Assembly: GCA_017509785.1 (NCBI GenBank)
Contig: JAFWOT010000027.1
Span: 2,598-66,597 of the forward strand
From: Clostridia bacterium
Lineage (GTDB): Bacteria; Bacillota; Clostridia; Christensenellales; CAG-138
Reading direction: 5' to 3'
Length of the DNA stretch: 64,000 bases
Positions 25,983 through 35,435 of this stretch are shown here, one piece after another. The translations under genes were made by a program, and so were the position numbers. The stretch's first letter is position 1, and the number at the start of each line of letters is the position of its first letter. The notes beneath the pieces are model-generated. The model saw nothing but the letters and a program-made list of their open reading frames with translations, made no database searches and was not told where the DNA came from.

Positions 25983-28582
25983 AGCTTTGCCCTCGTGCTG
26001 AGCTCATAAAGCTTGCTCAGCGCCTCCATCGGGGTCAACGTGTTAACGTCGATCGAGCGGAGCTCCTCTAAAATATCGCCGTCCTCGGTGGAGCCGAGCA
26101 GGCTGACCTGCTCCGCGACCGCCTGCTTCACCCTGGCGGCGGCGTTGTTGATATCCGAATCCTCAAGCTGGCGGAGTATCTCCTTCGCCCTCTCTATGAG
26201 GCTCAGGGGCAGCCCCGCAAGCCGCGCCACCTGTATGCCGAAGCTCTTGTCCGCGCCGCCGCGCATTATGCGGCGGAGGAAGATGATGCTGTCTCCATGC
26301 TCCTTGACGGTGATCCTGTAGTTCTTGACTCCCTCAAGCTTGCCCTCGAGCTCCGTAAGCTCATGGTAATGGGTGGCGAAGAGGGTCTTCGCGCCGCATT
26401 TGCGCTTGTCGGCGATGTGCTCGACGACCGCCCACGCGATGCTGAGCCCGTCGAACGTGGAGGTGCCCCTGCCTATCTCGTCGATGATGAGCAGGCTCCT
26501 CGACGTGGCGTTATTGAGTATGTTCGCCATCTCACTCATCTCCACCATGAAAGTCGACTGCCCGGTGGAGAGGCTGTCGGAAGCTCCGACCCTTGTGAAG
26601 ATCTTATCAGTCAGAGGGATATTCGCCTGCTTCGCGGGGACGAACGAGCCCATGTGCGCCATGAGTGTTATGAGCGCGACCTGCCTCATATAGGTGCTCT
26701 TGCCCGCCATGTTGGGCCCCGTCAATATGATTATGCGCTCGTCCCTGTCGTCGAGCTCGGTGGAATTGGGGATGAAGGGATCCTTCACGCTCCGCTCCAC
26801 TATCGGGTGGCGGCCGTCGATTATCTTCAGCTTCCCGCTCTTCGAGATCCTCGGGCGGCAGTAATCGTGATCGGCGGCGGCTCCCGCGAGCGAGCAATAA
26901 CAATCGAGCTCCGCAAGCATGAGCGAATCGGCCTTAAGCCTGTCCGTACAGCCGAGCAGCAGGCTCCTTATCCCGCAGAAGAGATCGTATTCGAGGCTTA
27001 CCACCTTCTCCTCCGCGCCGACGATCCTTTCCTCAAGAGCCTTCAGCTCGGGCGTGACGAAACGCTCGGCGTTGGCAAGGGTCTGCTTGCGCTGATATTC
27101 GAGCGGCACGAGATGCCTGTATGAATTCGTGACCTCTATATAGTAGCCGAAAACGCGGTTGTATCCGACCTTGAGATTCTTGATCCCGGTGCGCTCGCGC
27201 TCGCGCGCCTCGAGCTCCGCGAGGCTGCCGCGCCCCCCGTGGGAGAGCGCGCGAAGCTCGTCGACCTCCGCGTTGTAGCCCGCGCGTATGAAATTCCCCT
27301 CCTTGACGGAGAGAGGCGGTTCGTCGACGATCGCGCTTTCGAGGAGGCTCCTCACGTCCTCCATCGGGTCGATATGCTCCGCGATGTAGGAGAGCGCCTC
27401 CGACCCCGTCACCGCCTCCGCGACGGCGCGGACGAAGGGGATCTTCGCGAGCGTCTTTCTGAGGGCGTCGCAGTCCCTTGCGTTGACTGTGCCGTAGGCG
27501 ATCTTCGAGCAGAGCCTTTCTATATCGTAGACGCCGCCGAGCGTCTCCCTGATGAGACCGCGCTCTTTCGTCTGCTTCACGAGCGCTTCGACCGCGTCGA
27601 GCCTGCGCTCTATCCCCTCCGCGGTCTGGAGGGGCTGATCCGTCCATGCGCGGAGGAGCCTCGCGCCCATGGAGGTACAGGTCCTGTCAAGTATGCCGAG
27701 GAGCGTGTGCTTCCGGTTCCCGTCAAAGCGGAGCGGCGCCGTAAGCTCGAGATTGCGCCTCGTCGCGGCGTCCAGCCCCATGAATTCCTTCGCGCGGACG
27801 ACGGATATCCTCCTTATGTGGGTGAGGGCGTTCTTCTGCGTATCCTCAAGATAGCGGATGAGCGCGCCTGCGGCGCAGACCGCCATGGATCTGTCGGCAA
27901 GGCCGAACCCCGCGAGCGTCGCAACGCCGAAATGCTCCTGCAGCGCCTGCTGACCGCGTTCTATATCGAAGAGCTTCTGCTCCTTTTTTTCCGTATAGAA
28001 GCGGGAAGTGATCCATTTTATTATGAATTCCCTCGTGAAGAGGAACTCGTTTGCGATTATCTCGCGCGGCTCTATCCTCGCAAGCTGATCCATCAGCTCG
28101 TCCTGATACCTGTCGCCGATGAGCTCGGCGGTGTAGAAATCCCCGGTGGAGACGTCGCACCAGGCAAGCTCGAATACGCCGTTCGCCGCGAAGATCGAGA
28201 GAATGTAGCTGTTCGCGTCATCGGGGAGCATCTGCTCCTCTATGACGGTGCCGGGGGTGATGACCCTTATGACGTCCCTCTCGACGAGACCCTTTGCGAG
28301 GGCCGGATCCTCGAGCTGTTCGCAGATGGCGACCTTATAACCCTTTTCGATGAGCTTTGTTATGTAGCCGTTGACGGAGTGATACGGCACCCCGCACATG
28401 GGGGCGCGCTCCTTAAGGCCGCAGTCGCGCCCCGTGAGCACGAGCTCCAGCTCGCGCGAGGCGGTGACCGCGTCGTCAAAGAACATCTCATAGAAATCCC
28501 CGAGTCTGAAAAAGAGCAGACAATCGCTGTATTTTTCCTTCAGCTCAAGATACTGCTGCATCATCGGAGTCAACGAAGCCAT
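25979..28582 (-). CDS. mutS: DNA mismatch repair protein MutS
   Basis: 867 aa: TPMMQQYLELKEKY, mismatch-binding GDFYE, Walker A GPNMAGKST, STFMVEM, and DEIGRGTST. Confidence 0.95.
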   Translation of the reverse strand: MASLTPMMQQYLELKEKYSDCLLFFRLGDFYEMFFDDAVTASRELELVLTGRDCGLKERAPMCGVPYHSVNGYITKLIEKGYKVAICEQLEDPALAKGLVERDVIRVITPGTVIEEQMLPDDANSYILSIFAANGVFELAWCDVSTGDFYTAELIGDRYQDELMDQLARIEPREIIANEFLFTREFIIKWITSRFYTEKKEQKLFDIERGQQALQEHFGVATLAGFGLADRSMAVCAAGALIRYLEDTQKNALTHIRRISVVRAKEFMGLDAATRRNLELTAPLRFDGNRKHTLLGILDRTCTSMGARLLRAWTDQPLQTAEGIERRLDAVEALVKQTKERGLIRETLGGVYDIERLCSKIAYGTVNARDCDALRKTLAKIPFVRAVAEAVTGSEALSYIAEHIDPMEDVRSLLESAIVDEPPLSVKEGNFIRAGYNAEVDELRALSHGGRGSLAELEARERERTGIKNLKVGYNRVFGYYIEVTNSYRHLVPLEYQRKQTLANAERFVTPELKALEERIVGAEEKVVSLEYDLFCGIRSLLLGCTDRLKADSLMLAELDCYCSLAGAAADHDYCRPRISKSGKLKIIDGRHPIVERSVKDPFIPNSTELDDRDERIIILTGPNMAGKSTYMRQVALITLMAHMGSFVPAKQANIPLTDKIFTRVGASDSLSTGQSTFMVEMSEMANILNNATSRSLLIIDEIGRGTSTFDGLSIAWAVVEHIADKRKCGAKTLFATHYHELTELEGKLEGVKNYRITVKEHGDSIIFLRRIMRGGADKSFGIQVARLAGLPLSLIERAKEILRQLEDSDINNAAARVKQAVAEQVSLLGSTEDGDILEELRSIDVNTLTPMEALSKLYELSTRAKL

Positions 28583-28605
28583 ATTTCTACCTTCCGTTTC
28601 AAATC

Positions 28606-29994
28606 TTAAATGAGCTCGCCGACGAGGGAATTGAACCTCGTGCCGGTGATCCTGACCTTATAGTAATTGCCTATCATGCTCTCATCGCCGTTCACGTAGA
28701 CCATCTTCAGCGAGGGGAGCTTGCCGAACATCATGGGTTCACCCCGCCTGTCGCAGCCCTCGATGAGTATCTCTCCCTCGACGCCCATGTATTTGTCGTT
28801 CGCGCCGTTGACGGACTCCATTATGACGGCGTTGAGCCTTTGGAGACGCTCCTTCTTGACCTCCTCGGGGATCTGCCCCTCCATGCGGGCGGCGGCCGTC
28901 CCCTGCCGCACGGAATAGGCGAATGAATATGCCGCCGAGAATCCGACCTCCCTCACGAGGGAGAGCGTATCCTCAAGATCCTCCTCCGTCTCGGTCGGGA
29001 AGCCGACTATTATATCCGTCGTGATCTCGACCCCGGGGACGTTCTCCCGCAGGTCGCGGATGAGATCGAGGTAATGCTCCCGCGTGTAGCGGCGGTTCAT
29101 GAGCTTCAATATCCTGTTGCTGCCGGACTGCACGGGCAAATGTATATGCTCGCAGACGTTGGGCGTCTCCGCCATGGCCATGACGAGCTCGTGTGAGAGA
29201 TCCTTCGGGTGCGAGGTCATGAAGCGAAGGCGCTTCAGGCCCTCCACGCGGCTGACGCGGCGCAGGAGCTCCGGGAAGCGGAGCCCTTCGTCATCATACG
29301 AATTGACGTTCTGCCCGAGGAGAGTCACCTCCGTGAAGCCCTCCGCTGCGGCGCGTTCGACCTCGGCGACAACGTCCTCCGCCCTGCGGGAGCGCTCCCG
29401 CCCCCTGACGTAGGGAACTATGCAGTAGGAGCAGAAATTGTTGCACCCGTACATTATGTTGACGAACGTGGAGAAGCCCTCGTTCCTCCTGATGGGGAGG
29501 CCCTCGGGGATCTCGCCGTCGATATTCTTTATTTCAAATACCCTCTCGCCGCCCATGACGCGCTCCAGCAGCTGCGGGAACACGGCAAGCTCGTTCGTCC
29601 CGAAAACGAGATCGACGAACGGGAACCTGTCGCGGAGCCTCTGCGCGACTTCGCGCTGCTGCATCATGCACCCGCATACCGCGGTGATGAGGCCGGGATT
29701 GTTCTGCTTTATCTCCTTCACGAAGCCGACGTTGCCGAAGGTGCGCTTCTCGGCATGCTCCCTTATGCAGCAGGTGTTGAAGAGTATGAGATCGGCTTCG
29801 CTCTTCTCCGCCGCCTTCTCATAGCCCATGCGCTCGAGCATACCGGCGATGGTCTCGGAATCGTGCTCGTTCATCTGACAGCCGTAGGTCTCTATATAAT
29901 AGCGGGGCGCGGCTCCGCCCAGCATTTTCTTGATCCTCTCTATCGCCGCGTAGGATCCTTCTATTACGGATCCATCAACAAAATTCGCCTTCAT
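28606..29994 (-). CDS. miaB: tRNA-i6A37 methylthiotransferase, radical SAM
   Basis: 462 aa. N-terminal UPF0004 Cys (YGCQMN...), radical SAM CNNFCSYC, and a C-terminal TRAM domain. Confidence 0.92.
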   Translation of the reverse strand: MKANFVDGSVIEGSYAAIERIKKMLGGAAPRYYIETYGCQMNEHDSETIAGMLERMGYEKAAEKSEADLILFNTCCIREHAEKRTFGNVGFVKEIKQNNPGLITAVCGCMMQQREVAQRLRDRFPFVDLVFGTNELAVFPQLLERVMGGERVFEIKNIDGEIPEGLPIRRNEGFSTFVNIMYGCNNFCSYCIVPYVRGRERSRRAEDVVAEVERAAAEGFTEVTLLGQNVNSYDDEGLRFPELLRRVSRVEGLKRLRFMTSHPKDLSHELVMAMAETPNVCEHIHLPVQSGSNRILKLMNRRYTREHYLDLIRDLRENVPGVEITTDIIVGFPTETEEDLEDTLSLVREVGFSAAYSFAYSVRQGTAAARMEGQIPEEVKKERLQRLNAVIMESVNGANDKYMGVEGEILIEGCDRRGEPMMFGKLPSLKMVYVNGDESMIGNYYKVRITGTRFNSLVGELI

Positions 29995-30085
29995 TCGTTC
30001 CTCCGAACATATTGATACAGTTTGATTATACTATAAAATCCGCCGTCTTTCAATACGCCGGAAGGGAGCTCTGTGCAAAAAAAGC

Positions 30086-30113
30086 TTGAATTGCGGCCGC
30101 AGTTTGGTATAAT
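30086..30113 (+). promoter_or_regulatory. SigA-type promoter of the lipoprotein gene
   Basis: TTGAAT (30086-30091), 16 nt, TATAAT (30108-30113) with a TG extension (TGGTATAAT). Confidence 0.5.
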
Positions 30114-30140
30114 AGAGGTATATCATCAAGGAGTCCGCAT

Positions 30141-31571
30141 ATGAATTTCAGAAAAATAAAAACAACAGCCGCGCTGATGGGCTTCGTGCTCGCTTTCGGT
30201 CTGACCGGGTGCAGGCTCACCCCCGAAGCGAACGTGCCCGTCGATGAGACTGCGCCCGCGGAAGTTACCGCCGCGCCGGAGGTCTCCGAGCAGCCGGATA
30301 TCACTTATGAACCGGAGGCGACGGCATGGCCCGGCAACGAGCAGGCCGACGGGAAGAGCGTCATAATGCGCTGCGGGGATACGGAGTTCATGCTCTACGA
30401 CTTCGGGCAGGCGTTCTACAGCAGCCAGTATCTCCAATATTATATGTACGGCATGGTCACGCCCGACCAATACTGCGATATGGTGATCGACGAGCTCAAG
30501 GGGCTCATGTATATGGTCGCCGCCGCGAAGGACGCGGGCATCGAGCTGACGCAGGATGAGATCGACGAGATCGACTCCAACATAGCCGATTACGTGGAGC
30601 AGGTCAAGGTGAGCTACCGTGATTACGTCGAGGAGGGCGTGGATGACGTCGAAGCCGCGGCTCTCGCCATGCTTGAGGAGGATCTCGCGCAGGACGGGCT
30701 CGACCTCGATTCATTCGTCGTGCTCGCCGCTAATAATCTGCGCATACACAAGATCGCCGAGAAGTATTATGAGACCCTCCAAGAGTCCGTCAGCGTGAGC
30801 GACGACGACGTGAGGACGTATCTCGACGAAAAGCTCGAGACCGCGCCGGACGAATCCGTTTCCGATTTCGTCGCCGATATGAACGGCTATTACGAGGGCA
30901 GCGCCCCCTACCCCGTCTACATCGTGGACGACTGTTTCTCCGTCAACCACATCTACATGGGGTTCGAGAGCAGCACCGATGATGAAGGCAACATCGTTTA
31001 TGATACCGCGAGCCGCGCAGAGGACGAGGCCGAGGTAGAGGCAAAGATAGAAGAGGCCGCGGATTACGACGCCTTCATGGAGCTTGAGACCGTCTACGGC
31101 GAGGATCCCGGCATGGATTCCGAGACCTACCGTGAGAACGGCTACATAATCCACGGGGATCTCGTCAACGATTATTTCGCCGGGTTCGTTTACGCGGCGA
31201 TGAATCTGCACGAGGGCGAATGGTCCGTTCCCGTCGACGGGGGCGCTTCGGATGAGCCCGCCCCCGCGGAGCCGGAGCTCGCGTTCTTCACGCTGAAGGA
31301 CGGGACGCGCGTCGTGAAGGTATGCACGGAATCCGGCGTGCATTACATAATCGTCAACAAGGAGTACAAGCGCGGGCCCGTCAAGTACACCGTCGGCGAT
31401 GAGATCTGGGAATCCTGGCGCGACGCCGCCACCGAAACGCGCATGTCCGATCTTTACGACACGCTCAGCGAGGAATGGAGGGGCCAATACTCCATTGATA
31501 CCGACGTGTTCACGATCAAGGCGCATTACCCGCCCGCCGACGATTATTACGAGGATCCCGACAGCAAATAA
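30141..31571 (+). CDS. Lipoprotein of unknown function (possibly PrsA/SurA-N-like foldase)
   Basis: 476 aa with signal peptide and lipobox (FGLTGC). The acidic, helical N-half resembles SurA_N/PrsA N-domains. I could not verify a clear parvulin motif. Confidence 0.55.
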   Translation: MNFRKIKTTAALMGFVLAFGLTGCRLTPEANVPVDETAPAEVTAAPEVSEQPDITYEPEATAWPGNEQADGKSVIMRCGDTEFMLYDFGQAFYSSQYLQYYMYGMVTPDQYCDMVIDELKGLMYMVAAAKDAGIELTQDEIDEIDSNIADYVEQVKVSYRDYVEEGVDDVEAAALAMLEEDLAQDGLDLDSFVVLAANNLRIHKIAEKYYETLQESVSVSDDDVRTYLDEKLETAPDESVSDFVADMNGYYEGSAPYPVYIVDDCFSVNHIYMGFESSTDDEGNIVYDTASRAEDEAEVEAKIEEAADYDAFMELETVYGEDPGMDSETYRENGYIIHGDLVNDYFAGFVYAAMNLHEGEWSVPVDGGASDEPAPAEPELAFFTLKDGTRVVKVCTESGVHYIIVNKEYKRGPVKYTVGDEIWESWRDAATETRMSDLYDTLSEEWRGQYSIDTDVFTIKAHYPPADDYYEDPDSK

Positions 31572-31589
31572 GCTCTTTCGAGCCGCTTT

Positions 31590-31619
31590 ACGCCGCCTGT
31601 TCCGCAGGCGGCGTTTTAA
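31590..31619 (+). terminator. Rho-independent terminator after the lipoprotein gene
   Basis: Stem CGCCGCCTG pairs with CAGGCGGCG, followed by TTTTAAT. Confidence 0.8.
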
Positions 31620-31624
31620 TATGA

Positions 31625-31653
31625 AAGGGCCGCAGGCAAAGCCTGCGGCCCGG
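31625..31653 (-). terminator. Terminator hairpin after ispH-S1
   Basis: Stem GGGCCGCAGGC, loop AAA, GCCTGCGGCCC (11 bp). On the minus strand a short TTT follows. Confidence 0.55.
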
Positions 31654-31667
31654 AGAATCTATGCTTC

Positions 31668-34040
31668 TCAGCTATTCTCTTCCTCGGTCGTGATGGCGGA
31701 CAGATCGCCGAACAGGTTAGCGAGCGAGGTCGTGGAGGACTGTACGGGAGGAAGCTCGTAATCGGCATCCTCACGACGGCGCCTCTCGGGCCTGGGCTCA
31801 CCGCTGCGCTCGCCGCGCTCACGGCGGCGATCCTCGCGCTGCTGGTTCTGCTGCTGACGGTTCTGCTCCTCCTGAGCACGCCTCTCGGCACGCTCGGCAC
31901 GCTCACGGTTGCGCTCCTCGCGCTCCTTGGCGATCTCCTCGGCGATCTCGGGGTTCTCCTCAAGGATGACTTCCTTGCGGGAGAGGGAGATGCGGCGCTG
32001 CTCGGGGTTGACCTCGAGCACCTTGCAGCGGACGATATCGCCCACGTGGAGCTCGTCCTCGACCTTGGTGACGCGGCGGGGACCGACCTGAGAAATGTGA
32101 ATGAGACCGTCGATCGTGGGCTCAAGGGCGACGAACGCGCCGAAGGTCACGATGCGGACGACCTTGCCCTCTACGATGGAGCCGACGGGATACTTCTCGC
32201 CCGCCATCGTCCAGGGCTTGGGCTGGAGCTGCTTGTAGCCGAGGGAAACCCTCTGCTTCTCAGCATCCACGTTGAGGATGAGGACCTCGATCTCCTGACC
32301 GACCTTGAGCACCTCATTGACGTGCTTCACGCGGCCCCAGGCGGCGTCGGTCACGTGAACGAGACCGTCGATACCGCCGATGTCGACGAAGGCGCCGAAA
32401 TCGGTAAGGCGGCGTACAACGCCCTTTACCTTCGCACCGACCTCGAGCTCGGCCCACTTCTGGCGCTTGGCTTCTTCGGCCTCGGCAAGAAGGACGGCCT
32501 TGCGGGAAGCGACGACGCGCTTGCGCTGCTTGTCGACCTCGATGATCTTGACCTTCATGGTCTGACCGACGAACTCATCGAGCTTCTCGATGTACTTGGT
32601 GGAAACCTGGGACGCGGGGATGAAAGCCCTGATGCCGTTGATGTTGGCAATGAGGCCGCCCTTGACGACTTCCTTGCCGACCGCTTCAACGACCTTACCC
32701 TCGGACTCGGCGTCGGCAGAGAACTGCTCCCAAACCTTCTTGCTCTCGACGTTCTTGCGGGAGAGAAGGACGTTTCCTTCACCGTCGTTGACCTTGAGAA
32801 CCTCGACCTCGATCTGATCGCCTACGGACACAACGGTCGCGGGATCGACTTCGGGATCGCTCGAGAACTCGTCGCGGGGAATAAAGCCGTCTGCCTTGTA
32901 TCCAACGCTTACGCCTACCACGCCGCCTTCCATTACGGAAAGAACGGTGCCGGTAAGGATCTGACCGTTGCGGATACGCACCAGCGTCTTTTCGAGAGCT
33001 TCTTCAAAGTTGGGTTCGCCCTCTTCAACGACGGGCTCTTCTGCAGCGGGCGCAGCTTCGGCTGCTTCTTTGACGGCTTCCACAACGGGAGCGGCCTCTT
33101 CGACAGCGGCTTCAGCTACGGGTGCTGCGGTTTCTGCGGCCGTTTCGGCCGCGGTCTCAATGTTTTCGGCTGTGCAGTTTTCTACGTTAGCCTTATCCAG
33201 TTCGCTCATTCTTGTAATAACCTCCCTAATCAGCGAATCCGGTGTCGATGCACCGGCAACAACTCCTGTTATTATACCATTTATCTCGGGGATTTCAATA
33301 GGAAATTCGGCTATATTTGAAATTCTTTTTACGATTTTGCTATGTTTTTCGCAGATCGTGGCCAGTTTCCGGGTGTTGGAGCTGTGTTTATCCCCTAAAA
33401 CAAGCATCATGTCGCATTTCTTACTCAATTCCGCCGCCTCGTTCTGGCGGTCCCTCGTGGTGCTGCAGACGGTGTTGAACACCTTTCCTTCGGGGAAAAG
33501 GCGTTTGAATTCGGCCTCTATCCCGCGGAAGGAATCAAGATCGAACGTCGTCTGCGAGACGAGGCAGAACCGCTCTCCCTCCTCGCGGGAGCGGAGAAGC
33601 GCGACCTCCTCCGGGGTACGGACGAAGCGCGCCGTCCCTTCGCAGCAGCCGTTGATGCCGACCGTCTCCGGGTGCTTCGGATCGCCGGAGATGACTATCC
33701 CCCACCCCTCCCTGTAGAGTGAAGTCACGATATCGTGGATCTTCATGACAAAGGGACAGGTGCAGTCGACGATGGGGATGTTCCTCACGGCGCATTTTTC
33801 GTAGATCTCCGGAGGAACGCCGTGCGATCTTATGACGAGCGCCGCCCCTTCGGGCAGCTCGTCGAGAGAATCTATATGGAGCACGCCCTCGTGCTCGAGC
33901 TCCTCCACGGCGGTATGGTTGTGTATGAGCTCGCCGAGGGTGTAGACCCGCCCACGCTCGCGGGCGGCGGCCTTCGCCATCTCGACGGCCCGCCTCACGC
34001 CGAAGCAGAAGCCGATGTTTTTCGCAGTCAGGATCCGCAT
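31668..34040 (-). CDS. ispH: Bifunctional 4-hydroxy-3-methylbut-2-enyl diphosphate reductase (IspH) / ribosomal protein S1 fusion
   Basis: 790 aa. N-terminal IspH (MRILTAKNIGFCFGVRRAV..., CPFV, three Cys ligands), an Ala/Glu-rich linker, four S1 (OB) repeats, and an Arg/Glu-rich tail. This fusion is well known in Clostridia. Confidence 0.92.
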   Translation of the reverse strand: MRILTAKNIGFCFGVRRAVEMAKAAARERGRVYTLGELIHNHTAVEELEHEGVLHIDSLDELPEGAALVIRSHGVPPEIYEKCAVRNIPIVDCTCPFVMKIHDIVTSLYREGWGIVISGDPKHPETVGINGCCEGTARFVRTPEEVALLRSREEGERFCLVSQTTFDLDSFRGIEAEFKRLFPEGKVFNTVCSTTRDRQNEAAELSKKCDMMLVLGDKHSSNTRKLATICEKHSKIVKRISNIAEFPIEIPEINGIITGVVAGASTPDSLIREVITRMSELDKANVENCTAENIETAAETAAETAAPVAEAAVEEAAPVVEAVKEAAEAAPAAEEPVVEEGEPNFEEALEKTLVRIRNGQILTGTVLSVMEGGVVGVSVGYKADGFIPRDEFSSDPEVDPATVVSVGDQIEVEVLKVNDGEGNVLLSRKNVESKKVWEQFSADAESEGKVVEAVGKEVVKGGLIANINGIRAFIPASQVSTKYIEKLDEFVGQTMKVKIIEVDKQRKRVVASRKAVLLAEAEEAKRQKWAELEVGAKVKGVVRRLTDFGAFVDIGGIDGLVHVTDAAWGRVKHVNEVLKVGQEIEVLILNVDAEKQRVSLGYKQLQPKPWTMAGEKYPVGSIVEGKVVRIVTFGAFVALEPTIDGLIHISQVGPRRVTKVEDELHVGDIVRCKVLEVNPEQRRISLSRKEVILEENPEIAEEIAKEREERNRERAERAERRAQEEQNRQQQNQQREDRRRERGERSGEPRPERRRREDADYELPPVQSSTTSLANLFGDLSAITTEEENS

Positions 34041-34633
34041 ATGTCGTCAAGCTCCCTCTTGAGGGCGTTCATCCTGTTCATTATGCGCTGGGTGAATATC
34101 TGCTCGTTCTCGCGCCTCGACGCCCCTTCGAGATGGGATTCCGCGGGGTAGATCGGCTCGCCCACGATGAGCTTCGGGCGCGACATCTTATAAGCCCTTA
34201 CGTGCATGTAGATGGGCACGACGGGCACGCCCGTGCGTATCGCTATCATGGACGTGCCGAGCTCGAACTCGTCCATGCAGTCGGCGACCATCCTGCGCCC
34301 CTCGGGGAATATTCCGAACACCCCGCCCTTCTCGAGCACCTTGATGGCGTTCTTGATGGACTTCAGATCCGCCGTCCCGCGTGAGACGGGGAACGCGAAG
34401 CAGGCCTTGAAAAACCCGCGCAGTATGGGGTTCGCGAAAATCTCCTTCTTCGCCATGAAGTGGATAATGCGCGGGGACACGATGCCGAGCAGCACCGGAT
34501 CCGCCATGGAGATATGGTTGCAGATGAATATCGCTCCGCCCTTGGTGGCGAGCGCCTTCCTGTTTCCGTAGACCTTCGGGCGGAAAATGAGCCAGATCAG
34601 AGGTTTCAACAGATAGAAAAAGTAGTAGATCAT
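34028..34633 (-). CDS. plsC: 1-acyl-sn-glycerol-3-phosphate acyltransferase
   Basis: 201 aa with acyltransferase motifs NHISMADP and FPEGRR. Confidence 0.88.
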   Translation of the reverse strand: MIYYFFYLLKPLIWLIFRPKVYGNRKALATKGGAIFICNHISMADPVLLGIVSPRIIHFMAKKEIFANPILRGFFKACFAFPVSRGTADLKSIKNAIKVLEKGGVFGIFPEGRRMVADCMDEFELGTSMIAIRTGVPVVPIYMHVRAYKMSRPKLIVGEPIYPAESHLEGASRRENEQIFTQRIMNRMNALKRELDDICGS

Positions 34634-34742
34634 TTATGCATCCATGCCTTTCCCGGCAGACAGTGCCGTTTCAGCCCGATCACCCGGCCCCTCCGAAGGC
34701 GGAGTAAATTTTTGCGCGGGAGCCGGTGAAAGCTTCTCGGGA

Positions 34743-35417
34743 TCATTCTTTAATGCAGCGCATTACGGCTTCGATCGATTCCTCTATCGAAAGGTAGGTC
34801 GTATCTATGAGTATGGCGTCGGGCGCCTTTTTAAGAGGCATGCATTCGCGCCCGGAATCGCGCGCGTCGCGCTCGTGCATCTCGAGGAGGAGCTCGCCGA
34901 AAGTCATGCCGTTGAGAGAGCCCTTCTCCGCCAGCTCCTTATAGCGCCTCGAGGTCCTCGCGTCGGGCGAGGCGGTGACGTAGAATTTATATTCGGCGTT
35001 CGGCAGCACGTAGGAGCAGATATCGCGCCCGTCCATCGTGAGGGAGGTGCGCTCCGCCAGCTTCTGCTGCAGCCCGACCATCTTCCGCCTGACCTCGGGG
35101 ATCGCGCTCACCTTTGATGCGGCGTTCGATATCTCCTGCGTGCGAATGAGGCCGGTGACGTCCTCCCCGTCGAGAAAGACGTGCTGAGCGCCTTCCGAAA
35201 AGCCGAGGGAGATATCGGTCGCGTCGAGTATGGGGATGACCTGCTCCGCGCAGTCGGCGGGGATACCGAGGCGCACTGCCTTTAAGCCCATCGCCCTGTA
35301 CATGGCGCCGGTATCGACGTAAACGACGCCGAGCCTTTTGGCAACGCCCTTGGCGACGGTGCTCTTGCCCGCGCCGGAGGGCCCGTCTATCGCGACGGAA
35401 AATATCCTGTTTTCCAT
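34743..35417 (-). CDS. cmk: Cytidylate kinase
   Basis: 224 aa: AIDGPSGAGKSTVAK, YVDTGAMYR. Confidence 0.93.
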   Translation of the reverse strand: MENRIFSVAIDGPSGAGKSTVAKGVAKRLGVVYVDTGAMYRAMGLKAVRLGIPADCAEQVIPILDATDISLGFSEGAQHVFLDGEDVTGLIRTQEISNAASKVSAIPEVRRKMVGLQQKLAERTSLTMDGRDICSYVLPNAEYKFYVTASPDARTSRRYKELAEKGSLNGMTFGELLLEMHERDARDSGRECMPLKKAPDAILIDTTYLSIEESIEAVMRCIKE

Positions 35418-35435
35418 TATTTACCCTGCCTTTCT

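Noticed and set aside
33020-33185. Repetitive GC-rich DNA (GCxGCxGAA-type periodicity) that at first looked like a short tandem repeat array
   Set aside because: It is the in-frame Ala/Glu/Pro/Val-rich linker (AAETAAETAAPVAEAAVEEAAPVVEAVKEAAEAAPAAEEP) between the IspH and S1 domains. It is coding low complexity, not a CRISPR or satellite repeat.
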